A stretch of 64,000 bases of DNA. It comes from an uncultured delta proteobacterium (lineage in GTDB: Bacteria > Myxococcota > Myxococcia > Myxococcales > Anaeromyxobacteraceae). The translations under genes and the position numbers were made by a program. Shown here in pieces: positions 9,046-17,149 of the stretch (position 1 is its first letter; each line of letters opens with the position of its first letter). The notes under the pieces were generated by a model. It had not been told where the DNA came from. It worked only from the letters and a program-made list of their open reading frames with translations, and did no database searches. The stretch is from assembly GCA_963828255.1 (NCBI GenBank), contig CAWHDZ010000017.1:96001-160000 (forward strand), written 5' to 3'.

Positions 9046-10737
9046 TCAGTCCCCTGCCGCTTCGACGGTCCGGACGCGGGCCGCGGCGATCCTTCGGAGC
9101 TGGGAGTTGCCGTCGGCCACGGTCAGGTCCAGGTACTCCCGGTAGAAGCCGGCCGCCTCCTTGCGGCGACCCGTTCGCCAGAGCGCCTCGGCCAGGTTGA
9201 ACATCGTCGCGGTCTCCCCCGGCTTCAAGCGGAGCGCCTCCCGGAGCTCGGGCTCCGCCTCGGCGGGCCTGCCCGTGAGGATGAGGAGGCCGCCCAGCTG
9301 GGTCCGTGCGTGCGCCCAGGCGGGGTCGAGCTTCACCGCCCGCCGCATCGGCTCCACCGCCTCCTGGTCGCGACCGAGCTCGGCCAGCGCCGTCCCCAGG
9401 TTGAACCAGGGGCGGGCCTTCCCCGGCGACTTCCCGACGGAATCGGTCCACAGGGCCAGGTCGCTCCTCCAGACCCGGTTCCTCGCCAGGGTGGCCCCGG
9501 CGAGCAGCAGGGCGACCGCCGCGGTCGCGCCGATCACCCACGGGGCGAACCGGTCGGGCTTCCAGCGCCGCAGGAGCAGGGTTCCGGCGGCGGCCACCGC
9601 GACGAAGAACCCCACCGAGGGGAGGTAGACGCGGTGCTCGAAGATGACGTCCACGATGGGGATGACGCTCGACTCGACGCCGTGCGCGAGGAAGAAGAGG
9701 AGGATGCCCACCGAGACGAGCCGCCAGGCTGGGTCCACCGGCCGGGGCGCCCGGGGGGAGGAGCGGCGCCAGGCGACGACGGCGACCGCCAGGAGCGAGG
9801 CGTGGACCAGGAGCCCCCAGGCCACCCGCGGCGAGAGGAAGGACCGGAGGACGGGGTAGTCGTGGTCGATGTTCTGGCCTGCCGGCCACAGGAGCAGCCG
9901 CAGGTAGGTGGAGAGCACCGCGACCTGGGTGCGCAGGTAGTCGAGGCGGCTGCCGGTGTCCTGCACCCGCGTGACCGTGCTGGCGTCCGAGAGCACCTGG
10001 CCCATCGGCTGGTCGAGGCGCAGGAGGGTGAGCGGGATGACCAGGGCGACCGCGCCGAACGGTGCGAGCCCGAGCCACTGCCGGGGCGCCGGGCGCCCGA
10101 AGAACGCCCACTCGACGAGCAGGAGCGCGAAGGGGAGGGTGAAGGCGATCTCCTTCGTGCGCATGGCGAGCAGGGCCGAGAGCAGGGAGAGCGCGTACCG
10201 CCATCGCCGCCGGCCGCCGGCCGGCGCCAGCCGGGAGGAGAGGTAGAGCAGGACCGCCGACAGGTAGAAGAGCGCGGCGAGCGAGGTGATCCGCTGGACG
10301 ACGTAGGCGACCGCCTGCGTCTGGATCGGATGGGTGACGAAGAGCGCGGCCGCCGCGAAGGCGACCACCGGTGCGCGCCCGGAGAGGAGCGACTCCTCGA
10401 GGCGAGGGGTCCGGAAGGCGAGGAGCACGAGCCCGAAGACGAGCAGGGCGTTCACGAGGTGCACGGCCAGGTTCACCAGGTGGAAGCCGGTGACCGCGAG
10501 CCCGCCGAACCGGTGGTTCAGCGCGAAGCTGAGGTAGGCGACGAACCGGTTGGGCGGGGCCAGGTGGCCCGGGGAGCCGAGCAGGTACTCGCCCAGGTCG
10601 CGGATGGCCGGGTTGTCCTGGATCTGCCGCACGTCGTCGAAGACGAAGGCGCCCTGCAACGAGTTCGCGTAGGCGAGCAGCCCGAGAAGGGCGACCGCGC
10701 CGGCGAGGAGCAGGGTGTCACGACGGGTGCGTTCCAT
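9046..10737 (-). CDS. TMTC-like multi-TM GT-C glycosyltransferase with C-terminal TPRs
   Basis: FVFDD acidic motif after TM1; FHLVNLAVH, HPIQTQAV, KE and EHRVYLPS segments; RNRVW followed by TPRs. This is the TMTC/DUF1736 architecture. Confidence 0.7.
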   Translation of the reverse strand: MERTRRDTLLLAGAVALLGLLAYANSLQGAFVFDDVRQIQDNPAIRDLGEYLLGSPGHLAPPNRFVAYLSFALNHRFGGLAVTGFHLVNLAVHLVNALLVFGLVLLAFRTPRLEESLLSGRAPVVAFAAAALFVTHPIQTQAVAYVVQRITSLAALFYLSAVLLYLSSRLAPAGGRRRWRYALSLLSALLAMRTKEIAFTLPFALLLVEWAFFGRPAPRQWLGLAPFGAVALVIPLTLLRLDQPMGQVLSDASTVTRVQDTGSRLDYLRTQVAVLSTYLRLLLWPAGQNIDHDYPVLRSFLSPRVAWGLLVHASLLAVAVVAWRRSSPRAPRPVDPAWRLVSVGILLFFLAHGVESSVIPIVDVIFEHRVYLPSVGFFVAVAAAGTLLLRRWKPDRFAPWVIGATAAVALLLAGATLARNRVWRSDLALWTDSVGKSPGKARPWFNLGTALAELGRDQEAVEPMRRAVKLDPAWAHARTQLGGLLILTGRPAEAEPELREALRLKPGETATMFNLAEALWRTGRRKEAAGFYREYLDLTVADGNSQLRRIAAARVRTVEAAGD

Positions 10738-10790
10738 CTCCGCCGGAGCTTAGTGGATGGCGCGGACCTTGGGGAGTAGTGTGTTCCACC

Positions 10791-11689
10791 ATGTCGGGCA
10801 TCGAGAGCGCGGCGCAGGGGCTAGGCCACGCCGTCGCGTTCCTCTTCGGGGCGATCGTCGGCAGCTTCCTCAACGTCGTCGTGGCCCGTGTCCCGGCCGG
10901 CGAGTCGATCGTCCACCCCCGCTCGCGCTGCCCCGCCTGCCGCACCCCCATCGCCTGGTACGACAACGTCCCGGTCCTCTCCTGGCTCCTGCTCCGGGGG
11001 CGGTGCCGGATCTGCCGGCTCGCCATCTCCTTCCGCTACCCGCTGGTGGAACTCCTCGGGGGCGCGGCCGCACTGGTGGCGGTCTCCCGGCACGGGCTCT
11101 CGCTCGCCGCGCTGGCCGAGTTCGGGTTCGCGGCCACGCTCCTCGCGCTCTCCTTCATCGATCTCGACACCTGGCTGCTCCCCCACGTCATGACCGTGCC
11201 GCTGCTCCTCGCCGGGGTCGGGCTCTCGGCCCTGGGGCTCACGGCGGCGCCCACGTTCCTCTCGTCGCTCGGCGGCGCGGCGGCAGGCTGGCTCTCCTTC
11301 GCCGCCGTGTCCCTCGTGGGCGAGAAGGTCCTCAAGAAGGAGGCGCTCGGATTCGGCGACGTGTGGCTGCTGGGGGGGATCGGCGCCTGGGTCGGCCTGG
11401 GCGGCCTCCTCCCGGTGGTGCTGCTCGCCTCCGTGCAGGGCACGGTGATCGGGCTCGCACTCATCGTGATGGGACGTGGGCAGCCAGGACCGGGCCCGCT
11501 CCCGACCCGTCGGCCACGGAGCCGGTGGTCGCTCCGGCGCCCGAGGCCCCCCCGGACCCCGACGCCGACTGGGTCCCTCCCCGGAACGCCGTCCCCTTCG
11601 GCCCGTTCCTCGCGGCCGGCGCGCTGGAATGGCTCTGGCTCCAGGGCTGGCTCGCGCAGGCGGTGCCGGCGATGTCCATCTTCCGGTGA
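10791..11689 (+). CDS. pilD: Prepilin peptidase/N-methyltransferase PilD, frameshifted (-1 near 11495) in this sequence
   Basis: GSFLNVV, CPAC/CRIC Zn cysteines, FIDLD and GFGDV catalytic Asp motifs; C-terminal VPFGPFL is in another frame; 899 nt = 3n+2. Confidence 0.9.
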
Positions 11690-11692
11690 ACC

Positions 11693-12793
11693 ATGGCGAG
11701 CCGGGGAACCCGCACGCTGCTCGTGGTCTCGGTCGCCTCCGCGGTGGGGGCGGGAACGGTGCTCTTCGCCGCCTCCGCCATGGCCCTCGGGGTATCCGGC
11801 CGCGCCAGGCCCTTCGAGCTGGCCCTGGTGGGCGCCGTCCTGGCGGCCTTCGTCGTCTGGGCGGCCGCGTCCATGCTGGTGCGGCGGGTGGCCCGGCCGG
11901 TGGAGCGGATCCTCGAGGCCGCACGCGCGCTCCAGGACGCCGCGCCGTCCGACCTGCCCGTGCTCGGCGACAGCGGGATCGGTCTCGATCTGGCGGCGCT
12001 CGCCTTCGAGCGGACCGCCAGGGCGCTCTCGGAGGAGCGGGCCCGGCTGGCCGCCAAGGTGGCCGAGCTCACCGCGGCGAACGCCGCGCTGGCCGAGGCG
12101 CGCGCCTCGCTGGTCCGGTCGGAGAAGCTGGCCACCGTGGGACGGCTCGCCGCCGGGGTGGCGCACGAGGTCGGGAATCCGCTCGGGGCGGTCTCCGGCT
12201 ACGCCGAGCTGGCTCGCGGGTTCCTGCAGCCCGACGCGGACCCGAGGCTTCGCGACGCCCTCGAGCGGATCGCCGCAGCCTCGGACCGGATCGACCGGAT
12301 CGTCCGGGACCTGCTCGACTTCGCCAGGCCCACGCCGCTCGAGGTGCGCCCCATGGGTCTCCGGAGCGCCGTCGAGGCTGCGCTCCGGCTCGCCGCGGTG
12401 CAGAGCCGGTTCAAGGGGGTCGAGGTGGTCATCGCCCTGCCCGCCGAGCTTCCGCCGGTGTTCGCCGACGAGCGACACCTGTCCCAGGTGATCCTGAACC
12501 TCCTCCTCAACGCGGGTGACGCCATGCCGGGCGGGGGAACGGTGACGGTCGCCGCGGGACGGCGGGGCGACCAGGTGGCGCTGGTCGTCTCCGACACCGG
12601 TCCGGGGATCTCCGCCGAGGACCTCCCCCGCATCTTCGACCCGTTCTTCACCACCAAGGAGCCGGGGCAGGGGAGCGGCCTCGGGCTCGCCATCTGCCAC
12701 TCCATCGTCGAGTCGATGGGAGGGTCCATCGACGCGGCGAGCCCGGCCGGCGGGGGAGCCTCGTTCGTCGTTCGGCTCCGGGCCGCGTGCTAG
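11693..12793 (+). CDS. Sensor histidine kinase, PilS2-like
   Basis: Two TMs, H-box AHEVGNPL, N-box NLLLNA, G boxes DTGPG and GSGLGL; sits between pilD and pilM like M. xanthus pilS2. Confidence 0.85.
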   Translation: MASRGTRTLLVVSVASAVGAGTVLFAASAMALGVSGRARPFELALVGAVLAAFVVWAAASMLVRRVARPVERILEAARALQDAAPSDLPVLGDSGIGLDLAALAFERTARALSEERARLAAKVAELTAANAALAEARASLVRSEKLATVGRLAAGVAHEVGNPLGAVSGYAELARGFLQPDADPRLRDALERIAAASDRIDRIVRDLLDFARPTPLEVRPMGLRSAVEAALRLAAVQSRFKGVEVVIALPAELPPVFADERHLSQVILNLLLNAGDAMPGGGTVTVAAGRRGDQVALVVSDTGPGISAEDLPRIFDPFFTTKEPGQGSGLGLAICHSIVESMGGSIDAASPAGGGASFVVRLRAAC

Positions 12794-12802
12794 GGTCGCG
12801 CC

Positions 12803-14179
12803 GTGGCCTTCCAGAACGTCCTCGTGGTCGACGACGAAGAGTCGATGCGCCACCTGCTCACCGTGATCCTCGCCGATCGCGGGTACGACGTGCGGGCGGT
12901 CTCGAACGGCGAGGACGCCCTGCGCGAGCTGGCGAGCCGCGACTACGACCTGGTCCTCTCCGACGTCCGCATGCCGCGCATGGACGGCCTCTCGCTGGTC
13001 CGCAGGGCGCTCGAGCTCCACCCCGGCATCACCTTCATCGTGATGAGCGCCTACGGCACCCACGACACCGCCATCGAGGCCATGAAGGCCGGGGCCTACG
13101 ACTACGTGTCGAAGCCCTTCAAGCCCGACGAGGTCCTGCTGGTGCTCCGCAAGGCGGAGGAGCGGCTGCGGCTCTCCCGCGAGAACCGGCGGTTGCGGTC
13201 CGAGCTCCAGGGCGGCTTCGGGCTGGAGAACTTCGTGGGGTCGTCACCGTCCGTGCAGGAGGTCCTCCGCCAGCTCCGCAAGGTGGCGCCCACCCGGGCC
13301 ACCGTGCTCGTCACCGGCGAGTCCGGGACCGGCAAGGAGCTCGTGGCCCGCGCCATCCACGAGCTGTCGCCCCGCTCCGCCATGCCCTTCGTGGCGGTGA
13401 ACTGCGGCGCCATCCCCGCCGAGCTCATCGAGTCGGAGCTGTTCGGCCACGTTCGCGGCGCCTTCACCGACGCCTCGCGCGACAAGAAGGGGCTGGCCGC
13501 AGAGGCCGACGGCGGGACCCTCTTCCTGGACGAGATCGGCGAGATGCCGCTGCACCTCCAGGTGAAGCTCCTGCGCTTCCTCCAGGAGGAGCAGGTGCGC
13601 CGGGTGGGAGACACGCGCTCCGAGAAGGTGGACGTGCGGGTGGTGGCTGCCACCGCGCGGGACCTCGCACGGGCCACCAGGGAAGGTCTCTTCCGGGAGG
13701 ACCTCTTCTACCGGCTCAACGTGGTGAACCTGCGCCTCCCGTCCCTCCGGGAGCGCCCCGACGACGTGCCCGCGCTCGTCGAGCACTTCCTCGCCAAGCA
13801 CCGCCGCCTCCGCCCGGAGGCACCCCTCCGGGGCGTATCCCCGGAGGCGCTCGAGCTCCTCCGGTCCCACCGGTGGCCCGGCAACGTCCGGGAGCTGGAG
13901 CACGCCGTCGAGCGGGCGGTGGTCCTCGCCGACGGGCCGCTCCTCGGGGAATCGGACCTTCCGGACGACGTCCGCGAAGGTCCGAAGCCCGCCACTCCCG
14001 CGCCCCGGCCCGGCGCTGACCTGTCGGTGAAACGGGCCTTCCGGATCCTCGAGGAGCAACTCATCCGGGCCGCCCTGGAGCGAACGGGAGGAAACCGGAC
14101 GCGTGCGGCCGAGCTCCTCGACCTCTCCTACCGGGCCCTTCTCTACAAGGTCAAGGAGTACGGGATCGACCAGCCGTGA
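12803..14179 (+). CDS. sigma54-dependent NtrC-family response regulator, PilR2-like
   Basis: REC domain, GESGTGKE Walker A, ESELFGHVRGAFTDA (GAFTGA variant), WPGNVREL, Fis-type HTH. Confidence 0.9.
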   Translation: MAFQNVLVVDDEESMRHLLTVILADRGYDVRAVSNGEDALRELASRDYDLVLSDVRMPRMDGLSLVRRALELHPGITFIVMSAYGTHDTAIEAMKAGAYDYVSKPFKPDEVLLVLRKAEERLRLSRENRRLRSELQGGFGLENFVGSSPSVQEVLRQLRKVAPTRATVLVTGESGTGKELVARAIHELSPRSAMPFVAVNCGAIPAELIESELFGHVRGAFTDASRDKKGLAAEADGGTLFLDEIGEMPLHLQVKLLRFLQEEQVRRVGDTRSEKVDVRVVAATARDLARATREGLFREDLFYRLNVVNLRLPSLRERPDDVPALVEHFLAKHRRLRPEAPLRGVSPEALELLRSHRWPGNVRELEHAVERAVVLADGPLLGESDLPDDVREGPKPATPAPRPGADLSVKRAFRILEEQLIRAALERTGGNRTRAAELLDLSYRALLYKVKEYGIDQP

Positions 14180-14349
14180 TACGCCGCGTTCCGCACCGTG
14201 CGCCACGGATGTGGTTCACGAACCGACATCGTCGCCGTGCAGGTTTCTTGATCTGGAAGTGAAGACCGGCGTACCGTGCCCCAACGATGACCTTCCGTGG
14301 CTCATCCAACTTGTCGGGCGGTCCCGTGAAGAGGTCCTAGGGGGAATCG

Positions 14350-15408
14350 ATGGCGAAGAACAAGCTGGCCCTCGGCCTCGACATCGGCTCCTCGAGCGTG
14401 AAGCTCGTGCACCTCAAGGAGGGGAAGCGCGGCCACACGCTCCTCGCCTGGGGCGAGGCGCCGCTGCCGCCCGAGTCCGTCGTCGACAACCAGCTCATGA
14501 ACTCCTCGGCCATCGTCGAGGCGATCCGGCAGCTGGTGGCCCAGCAGCGGGTCAAGGTGAAGGACGTGGCCATCGGCGTCCGCGGCCACTCGGTCATCAT
14601 CAAGCGCATCTCCATGCCGGTGATGTCCCAGGAGGACCTCGACGAGTCCATCCAGTGGGAGGCGGAGCAGTACATCCCCTTCGACGTGAAGGACGTGCAC
14701 ATCGACACGCAGATCCTGACGCCCAAGGGCGATGCCGCCGGGCAGATGGACGTGCTGCTGGTGGCCGCCAAGAAGGACATGATCAACGACTTCACCGCGG
14801 TCTGCGCCGAGGCCGGCCTGACCGCCACGGTCGTGGACGTGGACGCCTTCGCGGTCCAGAACGCCTTCGAGGCCAACTACCCGCAGGCTCCCGGGCAGCC
14901 GGTGGTCCTCATCAACGTGGGCGCCGCGGTCACCAACATCAACATCGTCAGCGGTGGGCTGGCCATCTTCACCCGCGACATCACCGTGGGTGGAAACGCC
15001 TTCACCGAGGAGATCCAGAAGCAGCTCAACATCTCGGCCGAGGAGGCCGAGGCCCTCAAGGTGGGCGGCCACGGGGAGACCGACGCGGTGGTCCCGCAGG
15101 AGGTCGAGCGGGTCATCCAGGGGGTCGCCGACCAGATGGGCGGCGAGATCCAGCGCTCCCTCGACTTCCATGCCGCCACCGCGCCCGACGTCCACCCGAC
15201 CCGTGTCTACCTGTCGGGCGGGACCGCGCGGATCCCGGCGCTCTTCAAGGTCATCGAGCAGCGGGCCGGGGTGCCCGTGGAGGTCCTGAACCCCTTCAAG
15301 AACATCGAGGTCGACAACCGCAAGTTCGACCCGGCCGTGATCATGAACGCAGCGCCCGCTGCGGCTGTGGCGGTCGGCCTCGCGCTCCGCCGCCCCGGAG
15401 ACAAGTAG
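14350..15408 (+). CDS. pilM: Type IV pilus assembly protein PilM
   Basis: Actin-like GLDIGSSSVK, EAEQYIPF, LSGGTARIP, AVGLALR. Confidence 0.95.
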   Translation: MAKNKLALGLDIGSSSVKLVHLKEGKRGHTLLAWGEAPLPPESVVDNQLMNSSAIVEAIRQLVAQQRVKVKDVAIGVRGHSVIIKRISMPVMSQEDLDESIQWEAEQYIPFDVKDVHIDTQILTPKGDAAGQMDVLLVAAKKDMINDFTAVCAEAGLTATVVDVDAFAVQNAFEANYPQAPGQPVVLINVGAAVTNINIVSGGLAIFTRDITVGGNAFTEEIQKQLNISAEEAEALKVGGHGETDAVVPQEVERVIQGVADQMGGEIQRSLDFHAATAPDVHPTRVYLSGGTARIPALFKVIEQRAGVPVEVLNPFKNIEVDNRKFDPAVIMNAAPAAAVAVGLALRRPGDK

Positions 15409-15410
15409 CC

Positions 15411-15989
15411 ATGATCCGCATCAATCTACTTCCCGTCCGGGTATCGAAGAAGAAGGTCGCCGGGAGGCAGCAGATCCTCCTCCTGGGCCTCATCGTCATC
15501 CTGGCCATCGTCGCCAACTGGGTGTGGGCCTCCTCCCGCGCCGGCGACCTGGCCTCGCGGGAGTCCAAGCTGCGCCGCACCAGGGACGAGATCACCCAGC
15601 TCGACCGGATCATCGGCGAGGTGAAGGACATCAAGGCCCAGCAGGCGGCGCTCAAGGAGAAGCTCGACACGCTCGAGAGGCTCAAGGCGGGCCGCGCCGG
15701 GCCGGTGAAGCTCCTCGACACCCTGGCCCAGATCCTGCCGCCCCGCCTGGAGATCCGGAAGATGGACGAGAAGGGCGGAGCCGTCACCTTCGACGGGTCG
15801 GGGGCCACCATCGACGACGTCTCGGCCTTCATGACCGCGCTCAAGCAGACCCCGTACTTCTCCAAGGTCGAGCTGAAGAAGACCACCGCGGTGACCCGAG
15901 CTGGTTTGCGCATCGTGGACTTCACCGTCACCGCGCAGGCCAACTACACGCCCGGCCCGGTCGCGCCGGCCGCTCCGGCGAGGAGGTAA
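15411..15989 (+). CDS. pilN: Type IV pilus assembly protein PilN
   Basis: MIRINLLP PilM-binding motif, TM, coiled coil. Confidence 0.95.
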   Translation: MIRINLLPVRVSKKKVAGRQQILLLGLIVILAIVANWVWASSRAGDLASRESKLRRTRDEITQLDRIIGEVKDIKAQQAALKEKLDTLERLKAGRAGPVKLLDTLAQILPPRLEIRKMDEKGGAVTFDGSGATIDDVSAFMTALKQTPYFSKVELKKTTAVTRAGLRIVDFTVTAQANYTPGPVAPAAPARR

Positions 15990-15994
15990 CGGCC

Positions 15995-16630
15995 ATGGAC
16001 CGGATCCTCGACGCCATCGCCAAGGCGCCCATGGCCGCGAAGGCCGGCGTGATCGCCGCCATCGTGGTGCTGCTCACCGCCCTCAACTACTTCGTCGTCG
16101 CCATCCCGACCTTCGGCAGCTCGATCTCCGAGGTCGAGCAGAAGATCGTGCGGACCGAGGCCGAGCAGCGGCGGCTCGACAACGACCTGATCGAGAAGAC
16201 CGCCATCGCCAACAACCTGAACCAGTTCCGGCGCGAGAAGGAGCTCCTCGAGCAGCGCCTGCAGGAGGCGCTGACCGAGCTCCCCGAGGAGAAGAAGATC
16301 GACGAGCTCCTCCAGCTCTTCCAGGAGCGGGCCCGCAAGGCAGGCCTGGAGATCGCCACCATCGAGCCCATGCCCGAGGTGAACGAGAAGTTCTACGCCC
16401 GGGTCCCCATCAACATGGCCGTCACCGGGAACTTCCACGAGCTGGTCACCTTCTTCGACTCGCTGGCCCGCCTGCGCCGCATCGTCAACGTGAACAACAT
16501 CCTGCTCGACTCCCCCAAGGACACCCGCGGCAAGGTGATCCTCAACGGGAAGTTCCTGGTCACGACCTTCATGTTCGTCCAGCCCAAGGTCGAGCCGCCC
16601 AAGGCCGGCGCGGCCGGGGGGAAGAAATGA
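15995..16630 (+). CDS. pilO: Type IV pilus assembly protein PilO
   Basis: TM then coiled coil; LPEEKKIDELL, GNFHEL and RIVNV; AGGAGG RBS. Confidence 0.92.
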   Translation: MDRILDAIAKAPMAAKAGVIAAIVVLLTALNYFVVAIPTFGSSISEVEQKIVRTEAEQRRLDNDLIEKTAIANNLNQFRREKELLEQRLQEALTELPEEKKIDELLQLFQERARKAGLEIATIEPMPEVNEKFYARVPINMAVTGNFHELVTFFDSLARLRRIVNVNNILLDSPKDTRGKVILNGKFLVTTFMFVQPKVEPPKAGAAGGKK

Positions 16631-17145
16631 GCCGCCCCCTCCGAAACGTCGTCGTCGCGGTGGCGCTGCTCGCCGCTGCCTGCGGCGAGAAGAAGCCCAC
16701 CGCCCCCAGGGCCGCCCCTGCAGCGGCCGCCAAGGCCGTGGCCGCCCCGGCCACCCCGGCCCCCGCCCCCGAGGCCGAGGTCGCCTACTCCTCGGTGGGG
16801 AAGCGCGATCCATTCAAGAGCTTCCTGGGCGATCTGGGCGCCAGCATCGGCGCCGTGACCACCCGTTGCAGCACCCCGCTCGGCCGGTTCGAGCTCGACC
16901 AGCTGCGCCTGGTCGCCGTCATCACGGGCCTCGCCGACCCGCTGGCCATGGTCGAGGCCCCCACCGGCGTCGGGTACTCCGTCCGCAAGGGCGCGTGCAT
17001 CGGCAAGAACGGCGGCGTCGTGGCGACCATCCGGACCGGGGAGGTCGTGGTGACGGAGTGGGCGATGCGCGCCGACGGGACGCGGGAGAAGACCGAGACC
17101 GCCCTCCGGCTTCCGAAGGACAAGTCGCTGAACCTCGAGGAGTAG
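16627..17145 (+). CDS. pilP: Type IV pilus lipoprotein PilP
   Basis: Lipobox LAAAC; KRDPF, FELDQLRLVAV and IGKNGG. Confidence 0.92.
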   Translation: MSRPLRNVVVAVALLAAACGEKKPTAPRAAPAAAAKAVAAPATPAPAPEAEVAYSSVGKRDPFKSFLGDLGASIGAVTTRCSTPLGRFELDQLRLVAVITGLADPLAMVEAPTGVGYSVRKGACIGKNGGVVATIRTGEVVVTEWAMRADGTREKTETALRLPKDKSLNLEE

Positions 17146-17149
17146 CGCG

